Positions 1-10,341 of a DNA stretch of 32,000 nucleotides are shown piece by piece. Source of the stretch: Acaryochloris marina MBIC11017 (lineage in GTDB: Bacteria > Cyanobacteriota > Cyanobacteriia > Thermosynechococcales > Thermosynechococcaceae). Position numbers and translations under genes: made by a program. The notes beneath the pieces are model-generated. The model had not been told where the DNA came from, ran no database searches, and worked only from the letters and a program-made list of their open reading frames with translations. Location of the stretch: positions 5,250,001 through 5,282,000 of the forward strand of contig NC_009925.1 in assembly GCF_000018105.1 (NCBI RefSeq). Reading direction: 5' to 3'. The stretch's first letter is position 1. Every line of letters starts with the position of its first letter.

Positions 1-1411
1 TCGGGCCATCGGTATAGTTGATGCCCGTCACTAACATTTGCTGCAGTTCGGCTTCATCCTTAGGCGCCATCATCACCATATTTGGGAGGCAGCGTAGGTA
101 GGCGATATCGTACATACCTTGGTGGGTGGGTCCATCGGCACCGACGATACCGGCCCGATCTAAGCAGAAAAAGACGGGCAGGTTTTGGATGCAGACATCA
201 TGAATAATTTGGTCGTAGCCTCGCTGCAAAAAGGTGGAATAGATAGCGACAACAGGTCGCATCCCTTCACAGGCCATCCCAGCAGCTAGGGTAACGGCAT
301 GCTGTTCAGCAATACCGACATCAATATATTGTTTTGGTAGTTTGGCTTGTAATTTGTCTAACCCTGTTCCCGTAGCCATGGCTGCGGTGATGCCCACGAC
401 CCGAATGTCGTTTTCCGCCATTTTGATTAGGGTTTCGGCAAACACTTTGGAATAGCTGGGTGGCTTGGGTTTGTTGGATGGCTTCGCTTTACCCGTTTCT
501 AGGTTGAACGGACTTTGGGCATGGTAGCTGACTTGGTCTTGCTCTGCGATCGCATATCCCTTACCCTTCGTGGTGGCCACATGCACCAGCACAGGGCCTT
601 CATGCAAATGGGCTTCCTTAAAGGTTGCCAGCAACTCCTCCAGGCTATGGCCATCTACAGGCCCTATATAGGTAAAGCCCAGCTCTTCAAATACCGCACC
701 AACCTTAGACACCGCCAGGCGCTTCATGCCGCCTTTGAGGCGCTTCAAATCGGGAGCGACCTGCTCTCCAAAAGGGAGCTGCTTGAGCTGTTCTTCAAAG
801 TTATCGGACAAGAACTGAATCGGAGGACTGAGGCGCATCTTATTCAGATAACGAGACATGGCGCCCACATTCGGAGAAATGGACATGTCGTTATCATTTA
901 AAATCACGAGCATCCGAGTATGAGGGAGGTGACCCGCATGGTTAATGGCTTCCAGAGCCATCCCACCCGTCATCGCTCCGTCGCCAATGACTGCGACTGT
1001 TTTAAAGTTTTCTCCCTTGGCATCTCGAGCCAAGGCCATCCCTAGGACGGATGAAATACTGGTAGACGCATGTCCTGCACCAAAGTGATCAAACTTGCTT
1101 TCCCGACGATTTAAATATCCGGCAACCCCATCTTTTTGGCGTAGGGTATGGAACCGCTCGTATCGTCCCGTAATCAGTTTGTGGGGATAGGCTTGGTGTC
1201 CGACATCCCACACCACTTTATCTTGATCTAAATCTAAGGTTTGATAGAGCGCTAGGGTCAGTTCAACAACCCCTAACCCCGGTCCTAAATGGCCACCGCT
1301 CGTCGCCACAGTGTCTAAATGCTTCTCACGGATCTGATTGGCAATTTGCTTCAGTTCCGAAATAGATAACCCGTGCAACTGGTTAGGGTGGACAATTTCA
1401 CTCAGATGCAT
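1..1411 (-). CDS. dxs: 1-deoxy-D-xylulose-5-phosphate synthase, N-terminal ~470 codons (C-terminus lies beyond the left edge of the window)
   Basis: Absent from the ORF track because it has no stop in the window. My reverse-strand translation from ATG at 1411..1409 reads [104 protein letters not shown]. This is the TPP-binding GDG..N region of a typical DXS N-terminus. The frame stays open to position 1. Confidence 0.93.
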   Translation of the reverse strand, partial: MHLSEIVHPNQLHGLSISELKQIANQIREKHLDTVATSGGHLGPGLGVVELTLALYQTLDLDQDKVVWDVGHQAYPHKLITGRYERFHTLRQKDGVAGYLNRRESKFDHFGAGHASTSISSVLGMALARDAKGENFKTVAVIGDGAMTGGMALEAINHAGHLPHTRMLVILNDNDMSISPNVGAMSRYLNKMRLSPPIQFLSDNFEEQLKQLPFGEQVAPDLKRLKGGMKRLAVSKVGAVFEELGFTYIGPVDGHSLEELLATFKEAHLHEGPVLVHVATTKGKGYAIAEQDQVSYHAQSPFNLETGKAKPSNKPKPPSYSKVFAETLIKMAENDIRVVGITAAMATGTGLDKLQAKLPKQYIDVGIAEQHAVTLAAGMACEGMRPVVAIYSTFLQRGYDQIIHDVCIQNLPVFFCLDRAGIVGADGPTHQGMYDIAYLRCLPNMVMMAPKDEAELQQMLVTGINYTDGP

Positions 1412-1573
1412 ACCGGAGTCGTCTCCCGTCAATTTGCTTGTTTCGCTATCCTCTACTGTAGTCGATTTCAGGCCGTCGCGTTGATTACATTTTGAGAATT
1501 GATCCCCATCCGCTCAATTTACTCGCCAAGGATTAAAGCCTATCTATGGCAATTTTATGTGAGTGTCGGTTAA

Positions 1574-2131
1574 TTATTCGATCCCCAATAACCGATGATA
1601 TCGAGTCCACCACCGGTTCAACGGGAAATAAACTACCGGAGCCCATAAGCTACTCAGAATCCCAGAACTTAGGGCCGTCTGCCGCAGATGCAGCCACACA
1701 TCCTCTAGACGATGTGTTCCCCCTAAGCCAAACTGAATCGCAGCCACAGCCTCCACCATCAGGGCCATCCCAAATACGATTAGGGCGATGGAGATAAAGT
1801 CTTCCTGGATAAAGCGTTTTTTGTTGATGCGTCCCGTCAGCAACCCCACCAGGGCTAAACCCACCGTATGGGTCGGCTGAGCCGCTGTCAGGCCATCTTG
1901 AATCAGCCCCAGACAAATACCCGCCACAATGCCCTGGAGCGAGGAGCGCTTAATACTCCAGGTCACCACCCACACCAGCAGCCAATTCGGCCCCACCCCT
2001 GATAGCACCATGACCGGCAACCTGAACAGCAACATCAAGGCACAGATCATCACGGATCCAACCACGATGGCAGCATTCCAAAGATTAAGGGGAAGCGGGG
2101 ACTGTTTTCTGAAGGAGAGAGGTTTGATCAT
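1574..2131 (-). CDS. mreD: rod shape-determining protein MreD
   Basis: 185-aa polytopic membrane ORF directly downstream of mreB-mreC on the same strand. ATG at 2131; overlaps the mreC 3' end by 47 nt. Confidence 0.75.
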   Translation of the reverse strand: MIKPLSFRKQSPLPLNLWNAAIVVGSVMICALMLLFRLPVMVLSGVGPNWLLVWVVTWSIKRSSLQGIVAGICLGLIQDGLTAAQPTHTVGLALVGLLTGRINKKRFIQEDFISIALIVFGMALMVEAVAAIQFGLGGTHRLEDVWLHLRQTALSSGILSSLWAPVVYFPLNRWWTRYHRLLGIE

Positions 2132-2861
2132 TCAGGTATACGCTAACCCATTCCAACTTGCTAATCGGGACTGCCAATTCAACAATGGCCTGAGGATTGT
2201 AATTTTGCTCTAATTTCAAAGTCTTAATTTTACCGACTGGCAGCCCTGGAGGGAATAGGCGACTGAGGGAAGAGGTGACCACCGCATCCCCCACCTTCAC
2301 GTCCGGATCCTTATCAAAAAAGGTGATTAGGGCTTCGGTGCCCGACTGGCCTTGAAAGATGCCCATGTGGCGGCTACGGGTAACAATCACCCCAATGCGG
2401 CTTGTTGGATCGGTAACTAATAAGACTCGACTGGTATTTTGAGAAACAGCGGTCACTCGCCCTACTAATCCCCCCGGCGCGAATACCACGGAACCCACTT
2501 TAATGCCGTGATTCTCGCCTTTGCTCAGGGTTAACTGTTGCCACCAATTATCCCCACTGCGCCCCAGTATTGAAACTGCGATCGCTTGCTTGCTTTTCAC
2601 ACTTTTGTGATCAACCAGCTCCTGGAGGGTCTGATTGCGGGATTCCAGATCAGCCAGTTGCTGACGGAGCTGTTTTGTTTGGGCATCCACCAGCTCTTTT
2701 TGCCTAACGGCATCCGGCTGCACCGGTCGATGAGCAAACCGAAAGATTTCCAGCAAGCCCACCCCTTGAGAACGGCTAAATACCCACGCTCCTCCTAGGC
2801 ATAAAATAGCTAGGATTAACCCTAAACGATACCGTTCCCACCAGCGAAACAGAAAAAGCAT
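2085..2861 (-). CDS. mreC: rod shape-determining protein MreC
   Basis: 258 aa. N-terminal TM segment (LGLILAILCLGGAWVF), a coiled coil (QKELVDAQTKQLRQQLADLESRNQTLQELV), then a beta-rich region with PGGLVGRVTAVS. Located between mreB and mreD. Confidence 0.88.
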   Translation of the reverse strand: MLFLFRWWERYRLGLILAILCLGGAWVFSRSQGVGLLEIFRFAHRPVQPDAVRQKELVDAQTKQLRQQLADLESRNQTLQELVDHKSVKSKQAIAVSILGRSGDNWWQQLTLSKGENHGIKVGSVVFAPGGLVGRVTAVSQNTSRVLLVTDPTSRIGVIVTRSRHMGIFQGQSGTEALITFFDKDPDVKVGDAVVTSSLSRLFPPGLPVGKIKTLKLEQNYNPQAIVELAVPISKLEWVSVYLNDQTSLLQKTVPASP

Positions 2862-3071
2862 TGACGATCAAACTAAAGAACGGATCCCCCGACCGGCCTG
2901 AGAACTGAATCAGCCCCCCAACCCAGCACTCAATAACTGGCTTGATTGTATAGAGGCATTAGAGATGAATCAAATCACCTTAACTCATCTGTTATGGGTC
3001 TAAATGGGGCAGTGAGGACGTTTCTCCGTTCGAGAGTATCATCCTGAAGGTCTTTAAATCAGCCCAATGAC

Positions 3072-4109
3072 TTAAAGAACAGTCGTTGGGTTAGAAAATA
3101 CACGAGAAAACTGCTGAAAGTTCTCCAAAACCAGCCCCGTGCCCATCACAACACAACAGAGCGGATCAGACGCAATGTGAACCACAATCCCCGTCTCATG
3201 GCTGATCAGCTTATCTAACCCCTTTAGCAAGGCACCTCCCCCCGCCAACATAATGCCGCGATCCACAATATCTGCGGCTAATTCAGGGGGCATCCGCTCT
3301 AGGGTCCGCTTCACAGCTTCCACAATCGAAGAGAGGGGCTCCGTCATACTCTCCCGAATCTCAGGTCCCTTGACTAAAACTGTTCGAGGGAGTCCAGATA
3401 AGAGGTGAAGTCCTCTAACCTCCATATTGGCATCATCATTATCGTTGGTGGGATAGGCTGAGCCGATGCGGATTTTGATATCTTCAGCAGTCCGTTCACC
3501 AATCACCAGGTTATGGACTTTCTTCATGTACTGAGCAATCGACTCGGTCAGTTCATCTCCCGCAACCCGAACCGATTCACTGATCACACTGCCTTGCAAA
3601 CTCATCACCGCAACTTCAGTGGTGCCCCCCCCGATATCGATGATCATATTTCCAGTCGGTTCATCCACGGGGAGTCCTGCCCCAATGGCGGCAGCCACCG
3701 GCTCATCAAGGAGGTGAACTTCTCGAGCACCGGCTTGACTAGCAGCCTCCATAACAGCTCGTCTCTCAACGCCCGTTACCCCACTAGGGATACCCACAAC
3801 CACACGAGGAGAGACTAGGCTTTTACCCCCGTGAACCCGGCGGATAAAATGCTGGAGCATCAGTTCAGCTTTCTCAAAGTCGGCAATCACACCATCTCGC
3901 AGGGGACGAATTGCCGTGACATTACCAGGGGTACGGCCTAACATCATTTTGGCATCAGCCCCTACGGCTAGGGTTTGCTTTGTGACTTGATCGACTGCAA
4001 CCACTGACGGTTCTTGCAGCACAATCCCCTTACCTGATACATATGCCAGGGTGTTTGCTGTACCAAGGTCAATGCCAATATCCCGAGAGAAGCGACTGAA
4101 AAGGCCCAC
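3072..4109 (-). CDS. mreB: actin-like rod shape-determining protein MreB
   Basis: 345 aa with a GTG start. Actin-fold ATPase motifs are present: DIGIDLGTANT, IDIGGGTTEVAV and LAGGGALLKGLD. Confidence 0.96.
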   Translation of the reverse strand: MGLFSRFSRDIGIDLGTANTLAYVSGKGIVLQEPSVVAVDQVTKQTLAVGADAKMMLGRTPGNVTAIRPLRDGVIADFEKAELMLQHFIRRVHGGKSLVSPRVVVGIPSGVTGVERRAVMEAASQAGAREVHLLDEPVAAAIGAGLPVDEPTGNMIIDIGGGTTEVAVMSLQGSVISESVRVAGDELTESIAQYMKKVHNLVIGERTAEDIKIRIGSAYPTNDNDDANMEVRGLHLLSGLPRTVLVKGPEIRESMTEPLSSIVEAVKRTLERMPPELAADIVDRGIMLAGGGALLKGLDKLISHETGIVVHIASDPLCCVVMGTGLVLENFQQFSRVFSNPTTVL

Positions 4110-4247
4110 TATTTCCTACCTTTGAAGAATTTATAACTAGGTTATTTTATCTGCACTCAAATTGTGAACGTGCTGGATTCTATTACGTTTTTATCAAATC
4201 GTCTAGTTTTGTTGGATATTTATTAGATTTCTCCTTCAGATCACGGA

Positions 4248-5174
4248 TTACCCTCGGAGCTGCCCCAGCTTCAAATTCAAAATGGATAATCCAAAGATCA
4301 GCAGGAATAACACGAGCCCCATCGCACAGGCATAGCTATAGCCATTGCCCACTTCAGAAAAAGCCTGTTCATATAAATTAGCCACAATCGTAATCGTACT
4401 CCCCAGAACCCCGCCGCCAGGGGTCATGACATAGACTTCTTCAAACACCTTGGCAGCTGAGATGGCTGAAATGACGGACACTAGCATGAGATAAGGCTTC
4501 ATCAAGGGAATGGTGATATCCCAATGCTTTTGCCAGCCATCTGCCCCATCAATTGCGGCGGCCTCATAGAGATCGGGGGGAATTGCTTGTAACCCCGCTA
4601 AATAAATCACCATGTAATATCCCAACCCTTTCCAAACCGTAACCGCCATTACGCAGTAAAGAGCGATATCTGGATTTTGCAGCCAAACGATGGGTTCACC
4701 GGTCCAGCCCAACTGACCGAGAATCGTTTCCATTAGTGGGTTCTGGGTAATCAAACTAATGCCTTGATTTAATAAACCACGCTCATCGTATAGCCACTTC
4801 CAGGCAATACCCGCCACCACCATAGAAATCACAACCGGGGTGTAATAAGCGGCGCGGAACCAATGAATGCCTTTCAGCTTCTGGTTAACAAGGATCGCTA
4901 ATCCCAAGGGAAGGATGACCAAGATGGGAACGACACCAATCAGGTAAATCAACGAATTCTTCAAGCTTTGCCAAAAGACATCGTCCGTCCAAAGCCGCTC
5001 AAAGTTACCCAGACCAATCCATTCTGGGGTTTGGCCCAGGGTCTCAAACTGCGTAAAACTCAAATAAAACGCTTGTAGCGCTGGCCAAAACACACTCAAG
5101 CTGAGAACACAGAGGGCAGGGGCTAAAAAGAGATACGGGGCCGCAGTGGACCAAGACAATTTGCGGAGGGACAT
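4248..5174 (-). CDS. carbohydrate-type ABC transporter permease (MalF/UgpA-like); no cognate binding protein, second permease or ATPase is adjacent
   Basis: 308 aa with about 6 hydrophobic segments and an EAA loop (LYEAAAIDGADGWQKHWDITIPLMKP). Confidence 0.88.
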   Translation of the reverse strand: MSLRKLSWSTAAPYLFLAPALCVLSLSVFWPALQAFYLSFTQFETLGQTPEWIGLGNFERLWTDDVFWQSLKNSLIYLIGVVPILVILPLGLAILVNQKLKGIHWFRAAYYTPVVISMVVAGIAWKWLYDERGLLNQGISLITQNPLMETILGQLGWTGEPIVWLQNPDIALYCVMAVTVWKGLGYYMVIYLAGLQAIPPDLYEAAAIDGADGWQKHWDITIPLMKPYLMLVSVISAISAAKVFEEVYVMTPGGGVLGSTITIVANLYEQAFSEVGNGYSYACAMGLVLFLLIFGLSILNLKLGQLRG

Positions 5175-5255
5175 GGGGTCTCTTACTGGCAGAGGACTGA
5201 ATTGAAGAGAAGAGCAAAAACCCTGAGAACGGAACGATATTGAGTCTATATCGAT

Positions 5256-5648
5256 CTACTCGGAAACAGCGTTATATAGCTGAAAAATTTCATGAAAGGT
5301 TTGCTTGAGCTTCGCTTGAAATCCTGCAGGAGGAGGGGTGTTACCGAGGAAGGTCCAATCGCCAATGGTTGAGAACCGCCATCGTTGGCTGCCAAACGGA
5401 CCAAAACAGGAGGCTTCAATGCCAATCAAGCGGTTGTCATGCATTCGCAGTTGAACCAGGGTATGTCCTGCAGGCAAATTAAATCCCATATCGATGGAAT
5501 AGGGATCCACCCATTCCAAGGTATCGGGGTCATTGGTCCAAGGCTTCAGATTGGCTTTGACATCAGGGAACTGCCGCTTAAATAAGTTAACAATGGCAGC
5601 TATTTTAGTGGCCGATTCAGGGTTTGTGACTTGCTCAGCCGCATTCAT
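5256..5648 (-). CDS. hypothetical protein (130 aa, soluble)
   Basis: Clean ATG-started ORF that fills the gap between flanking genes. The composition looks protein-like, but I recognise no motif. Confidence 0.55.
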   Translation of the reverse strand: MNAAEQVTNPESATKIAAIVNLFKRQFPDVKANLKPWTNDPDTLEWVDPYSIDMGFNLPAGHTLVQLRMHDNRLIGIEASCFGPFGSQRWRFSTIGDWTFLGNTPPPAGFQAKLKQTFHEIFQLYNAVSE

Positions 5649-5940
5649 CTGGACCGCTCCTTGAAATGATCTGAATCCTACTGGGCAGGGTTAAGCCGAT
5701 TGAGATTGGCTTAACGTCTTTACAATACTTTAACGGGACTCTCAATATTAGCAAGGGTTCAGCCGAACAAAGGAGCTGATCTCAGGGCTTTAAATGACCC
5801 TGGCATCCTCACTCCGAGACTCAGGGACGGTTTTTCTGAAGTGGCAGCAACAACCTTGAATTGAACCCACCAGACTGCTGTGCTACCTGCCTTTATGGAA
5901 AAATGCTATTGTGTCGCTGTCCCCCGTTGATGCAAGGGTC

Positions 5941-6891
5941 ATGAACCGGCTCTGCCCCTATTGTTTTTATCAAAATGAGCCTGGACAGCAGAGTACCTGT
6001 GCTCAATGTCAGCGAGACTTAACTGACATCCCTTGCTGTCAAAATTGTGGCGCGACCCAACTTGAATTTGCGCGATATTGCTATCATTGCGGCCTGAGGC
6101 TTTTGCCTGCAAGTCTCATTGCCAAGAATAGTTTTACCTATCTTAAGAACCCCTATCCGGGGCTAAAAGCAGTGAATCTAGGCCCTGAAAGCGAGTTCGT
6201 TGAACAATTGGATCCTCATGCAACCCAGTTTCAGCAAGAGTCTCTTCGCCTCCTGCATGTTCAATCCGGAACCCTATTGGCCTTGCCAGCTCAGATCAAT
6301 CCTATTTTGATTGGGAAGGCTGGGGCAGGGCGTTATCCTCATATTGACGTACTTGATTTTCCAAATTCTGAGGTGGTCTCGCGGCAACAGGCATGTTTAC
6401 ATATGGTGCGGGACCAATGTGCGATCGCAGATTTAGACAGCACTAACGGCACCTATGTTAATGAGGTGCCGTTGCCCACCGGTCACCAACACCCCCTACA
6501 GTTTGGCGATCGGATCAACTTTGGCCCCTCTGATAAATTCACTTTGCTGTTTATTCGGGAGTTACCCATCAACTTGAAACATCTTCAAACGGTTTCAGGT
6601 GGAGATGGAGAATTTGAGCATGAAATTTTAGAAACCTATGGGCAACGGGCTCAGCAAAGCCTAGAGCAAATGAAAGCGGCCTACGCAGAACAGGATCAAG
6701 AACGGTTGGTCTCCACAGCTGAAGACTTAACCCTTGCTAGCCATAACGTTGGCGCTCAAGTGGTTCATTTACTCGCTTCTCAATTTCAAACGGCCCCTCA
6801 AGGCAATGCTGCCCATTTTCATCGTCAACTCTTGAAGGTGATTGAAGAGGCACTCCAGAAAGTGAGATTCTTTACTAAGGTTTACTATTAG
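5941..6891 (+). CDS. double zinc-ribbon / FHA domain protein with a C-terminal Hpt-like helical domain lacking the phospho-His
   Basis: N-terminus has paired Cys motifs: CPYC..CAQC and CQNC..CYHC. The FHA core reads [45 protein letters not shown]. The C-terminal ~110 aa aligns by eye to the Hpt signature. ATG at 5941 preferred; the ORF track uses an in-frame GTG at 5911. Confidence 0.8.
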   Translation: MNRLCPYCFYQNEPGQQSTCAQCQRDLTDIPCCQNCGATQLEFARYCYHCGLRLLPASLIAKNSFTYLKNPYPGLKAVNLGPESEFVEQLDPHATQFQQESLRLLHVQSGTLLALPAQINPILIGKAGAGRYPHIDVLDFPNSEVVSRQQACLHMVRDQCAIADLDSTNGTYVNEVPLPTGHQHPLQFGDRINFGPSDKFTLLFIRELPINLKHLQTVSGGDGEFEHEILETYGQRAQQSLEQMKAAYAEQDQERLVSTAEDLTLASHNVGAQVVHLLASQFQTAPQGNAAHFHRQLLKVIEEALQKVRFFTKVYY

Positions 6892-6931
6892 CCTGCCTTT
6901 TAAACACTCGATATTCGCCCCATCCATCCCT

Positions 6932-8089
6932 ATGCTCAATGTTGATTCCCAACCCGCCCTCCTGGTTCTAGCTGATGGCAGTTCCTATCGCGGGTGGTCC
7001 TTTGGCGCACCTGGCACTGCAGTGGGAGAAGTCGTCTTTAATACTGGCATGACCGGCTATCAAGAAGTGCTCACAGATCCCAGCTATTGTGGACAGCTTG
7101 TCACCTTTACCTATCCTGAACTCGGCAACACGGGCGTCAATATTGAAGATGAAGAATCAGACCGTCCTCAAGTCAAAGGGGCTATTGCCCGCAATCTTTG
7201 TCACCAACCCAGCAATTGGCGGTCCAACCACACCCTATCCAGCTACCTGCAACAACACCACATCCCTGGAATTTACGGCATTGATACACGAGCCCTAACT
7301 CGCAAAATCCGTTCCGCTGGTGCTATGAATGGTGCCATATCCACCGAAATATTAGATTCGAACGCTTTGCTAGAAACAGTGTTGCAAGCCCCCTCCATGG
7401 AAGGGTTGAATTTGGCAGAGCGGGTCACTACCCATACCCCTTACGAATGGGTCGACCCAACCCCTGCAGCTTGGGAATTTAGCGAGTCCACTCCCCCTGC
7501 AGACTCAACTCAATCCCCTCTGACCGTCGTCGCCATCGACTTTGGGATCAAGCGAAATATCCTGCGACGCTTAGCAAGCTATGGATGTCGAATCATTGTA
7601 GTTCCAGCTCATACCTCTGCCGCTGATATTCTCAGCCATCAGCCAGACGGTATTTTCCTATCCAACGGCCCTGGGGATCCAGCCGCTGTCACGGTAGGTA
7701 TTGAAACAGCCAAAACCCTGATGGCCGAACAAAAGCCCATGTTTGGCATCTGCTTGGGACACCAGTTATTGGGATTATCGCTGGGGGTCGATACATTCAA
7801 GCTCAAATTTGGCCATCGAGGGCTGAATCAACCGGCAGGACTACAGCAGCAGGTCGAAATCACCAGTCAGAACCATGGCTTTGCCTTGAGTGCTGAATCC
7901 ATGACCCATGCCGAAGTAGAAGTCACCCATCTAAATCTCAACGATCAGACCATCGCTGGCCTAAAACACCAATCCTTACCGGTCTTCTCAGTGCAATATC
8001 ACCCTGAAGCCAGCCCTGGCCCCCATGATGCGGATTATTTGTTTGAACGGTTTGTGCAGTCCATGCTTGAGCATCGTTCAGGAAGCTAA
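6932..8089 (+). CDS. carA: carbamoyl-phosphate synthase small (glutaminase) subunit
   Basis: 385 aa. N-terminal [30 protein letters not shown]. The class-I amidotransferase triad context is present: GICLGHQLL and [12 protein letters not shown]. Confidence 0.96.
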   Translation: MLNVDSQPALLVLADGSSYRGWSFGAPGTAVGEVVFNTGMTGYQEVLTDPSYCGQLVTFTYPELGNTGVNIEDEESDRPQVKGAIARNLCHQPSNWRSNHTLSSYLQQHHIPGIYGIDTRALTRKIRSAGAMNGAISTEILDSNALLETVLQAPSMEGLNLAERVTTHTPYEWVDPTPAAWEFSESTPPADSTQSPLTVVAIDFGIKRNILRRLASYGCRIIVVPAHTSAADILSHQPDGIFLSNGPGDPAAVTVGIETAKTLMAEQKPMFGICLGHQLLGLSLGVDTFKLKFGHRGLNQPAGLQQQVEITSQNHGFALSAESMTHAEVEVTHLNLNDQTIAGLKHQSLPVFSVQYHPEASPGPHDADYLFERFVQSMLEHRSGS

Positions 8090-8104
8090 GCCCCATTACG
8101 TACC

Positions 8105-8959
8105 GTGACCAAAGACCATTTATCTCCCCCTAGCTTAGCTGTTGAGATCTCTGGGGCAGGCTTCCCCATTCTCTGCTTGCACGGCCATCCAGGCTCAGGT
8201 CAGTGCATGGGTATTTTTACCCATTTTTTATCGAAAAATTATAAAACTTTATCTCCTGATCTACGGGGGTATGGCCAGAGTCAAACCCATGCGGCCTTTA
8301 CCATGGAAGATCATCTCCAAGATCTGGTCCTCCTACTCGACCAAAATCATATTCAAACATGTTTGATTCTAGGATGGTCTTTAGGCGGCATTCTGGCGAT
8401 GGAGTTAGCGGTCCGTTATCCTGAACGCGTCAGCGGGCTCATTCTAGTGGCGACAGCAGCCTATCCTCGCAGTAATCACCCTCCCATTACCTGGCAAGAC
8501 AATCTCTTTACAGGTCTGGCAGGGATCATCAACTGGCTACGGCCGGGCTGGCGTTGGAATATCAATCTGCTGGGAAAGCGCTCCTTATTTCGCTACTTAA
8601 TGGTGCAGCAAACCCCGCAGGCTTACGAATACTTAGCTCGCTACGCAGTTCCAGCTTTTATTCGCACTTCTAAATATGCCCAAGCGGCGCTCAATCAAGC
8701 TTTACGGCAGGGGTATAACCAAGAGGAGCAACTCAAAAAAATTCAGTGTCCTTGCCTCGTGTTGGCAGGGGCTCAAGATCGCCACATTACGCCAGCCTCT
8801 AGTCAAACCACTGCTGAACTGATCCCGAGCAGTGAGTGGATTTGTTATGAACAAACCGCCCATCTGCTGCCCTGGGAAATCCCTGAACAGATAGAGCGAG
8901 ATCTGCAGATATGGCTAAAGAAGAACCCTAGGGCTACTCTCAATTCAGTTGGGGATTGA
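8105..8959 (+). CDS. alpha/beta-fold hydrolase
   Basis: 284 aa with a GTG start. HG oxyanion motif (LCLHGHPGSG), nucleophile elbow GWSLGG, and a C-terminal His (QTAHLLPWE). Confidence 0.85.
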   Translation: MTKDHLSPPSLAVEISGAGFPILCLHGHPGSGQCMGIFTHFLSKNYKTLSPDLRGYGQSQTHAAFTMEDHLQDLVLLLDQNHIQTCLILGWSLGGILAMELAVRYPERVSGLILVATAAYPRSNHPPITWQDNLFTGLAGIINWLRPGWRWNINLLGKRSLFRYLMVQQTPQAYEYLARYAVPAFIRTSKYAQAALNQALRQGYNQEEQLKKIQCPCLVLAGAQDRHITPASSQTTAELIPSSEWICYEQTAHLLPWEIPEQIERDLQIWLKKNPRATLNSVGD

Positions 8960-9245
8960 TTTTAACGGGGATAACGGGCTCAACATCGGGTTCATCACAA
9001 ACCGTCAATTGGGTCGGTTTGCAGCGTTTGACATCTGTCACAATCGTTTGAGCCTGCTCAGCCTCTAAGTCCTCAATATAGCCAGGCAAAGCCTCTTCTG
9101 CGTCTTTTTGACTGATGAAAGGGCCAAAAAAATAGATGCAAACCGGCGAAGATGTCTTGATTTCAACCCACCAGGCTAATCCTAAGCGATTATAGAATTC
9201 GGCAAAGCGGCTCGACAAATCTGTAGTGTTATCTTTTGTCGTCAT
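8940..9245 (-). CDS. DUF1816-like small cyanobacterial protein
   Basis: The core WWVEIKTSSPVCIYFFGPFISQKDAEEALPGYIEDLEAEQAQ matches my recollection of the DUF1816 signature. ATG at 9245 preferred over the TTG at 9287 used by the ORF track. The 3' end overlaps the convergent hydrolase gene by 20 nt. Confidence 0.65.
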   Translation of the reverse strand: MTTKDNTTDLSSRFAEFYNRLGLAWWVEIKTSSPVCIYFFGPFISQKDAEEALPGYIEDLEAEQAQTIVTDVKRCKPTQLTVCDEPDVEPVIPVKINPQLN

Positions 9246-9346
9246 GGTGAAAACATTTACCTCTGCAATGCTAGATCCTAATTTCAAACCATCTCGGCTA
9301 ATAGTTTAGGGTAGAGCCTCTTTATATTCTGTAACATCTGTATACG

Positions 9347-10276
9347 TCAAGGATGCAAATGGAGGGTTTCTACCCAACGTTGACGATAGACCTCATAAAG
9401 GGCCATACCCGTTGCCACAGACGCATTCAAGCTGGCTGTTTTCCCCTGTAATGGGATCGACACCATTTGGTCACAATGATGCTGAGTGGAAACACTCAAC
9501 CCTGGACCTTCAGCGCCAATCACCAATACAGTGGGCTCTGTAAAGGTCACGGTATGGATAGATTGTGGTGCTGAAGTACTCAACCCATAAATCCAAAATC
9601 CAGCTTTTTTAAGCTGCTCAAGTCCCTGGTTAAGGTTAACCACCCGAGCAATCGCCAAAGTTTCTAAGGCCCCAGTCGCTACTTTTGCAACCACTGAGGT
9701 GATCCCCGCAGCTCGCCTTTGGGGAATAATCACCCCCTGCGCCCCTAAAGCCTCAGCCGTTCGAATCATAGCTCCTAGATTATGGGGATCAGTAATACTA
9801 TCAGCAGCAATAATGACGGGTTTAGGGGTAGCAGCGTTAGCTTGCTCTATCAACGTCGAGATATCTAAATATTCATAGGCCGCCACTTGAGCAGCGATCC
9901 CTTGGTGGGTTGCTTGCTGGGTCAGTTGATTCAGTCGCCGATGATCCACCTCATCAATAATGGTGCCTTGAGATTTGGCTTGGTTGAGAAGACTATGAAA
10001 GCGGGGATCGTAACGGAGACGGGACACAACCCATACCCGATTTAAAGATCGTTGATGCTCCAGGGCTGACAGAACTGAATGGCGTCCATAAATTAAATCT
10101 CCCTGCTCCTCTTCAGACTGGGCAGGCTCTTTATCTTTAGAGCGTATTCTAGGTTTCTGAGGTGGCCGTGAGGACGTCGATTGACGATGGGGCTTTTTGG
10201 CTGATGAATAAGAGCGCTGAGGTTTGCGCGGCTTACTTTTACCGTGATTATTATGGGATGGCCGCGCTTTGGTCAT
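9347..10276 (-). CDS. rlmB: SpoU/TrmH-family 23S rRNA (guanosine-2'-O)-methyltransferase RlmB with a ~60-aa basic low-complexity N-terminal extension
   Basis: [14 protein letters not shown] (substrate-binding domain), then SpoU motifs [27 protein letters not shown] and [22 protein letters not shown]. Lies next to mrnC, as in the Bacillus mrnC-rlmB arrangement. Confidence 0.88.
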   Translation of the reverse strand: MTKARPSHNNHGKSKPRKPQRSYSSAKKPHRQSTSSRPPQKPRIRSKDKEPAQSEEEQGDLIYGRHSVLSALEHQRSLNRVWVVSRLRYDPRFHSLLNQAKSQGTIIDEVDHRRLNQLTQQATHQGIAAQVAAYEYLDISTLIEQANAATPKPVIIAADSITDPHNLGAMIRTAEALGAQGVIIPQRRAAGITSVVAKVATGALETLAIARVVNLNQGLEQLKKAGFWIYGLSTSAPQSIHTVTFTEPTVLVIGAEGPGLSVSTQHHCDQMVSIPLQGKTASLNASVATGMALYEVYRQRWVETLHLHP

Positions 10277-10341
10277 AGGGATGAAACTCTCGTGCTACGG
10301 GACAAATACTACGTCCAGGGCAAAATTAAACCGAAGCTATT

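Noticed and set aside
515-901. 128-aa + strand ORF from the track
   Set aside because: It lies entirely antisense to the clearly recognisable dxs reading frame and has an odd, His/Arg-rich composition. It is a shadow ORF.
1546-2213. ORFs 1546..1797 (+), 1650..1916 (-) and 1929..2213 (+)
   Set aside because: All overlap mreD/mreC in other frames and have low-complexity Pro/Gly/Ser-rich translations. mreD and mreC explain the region.
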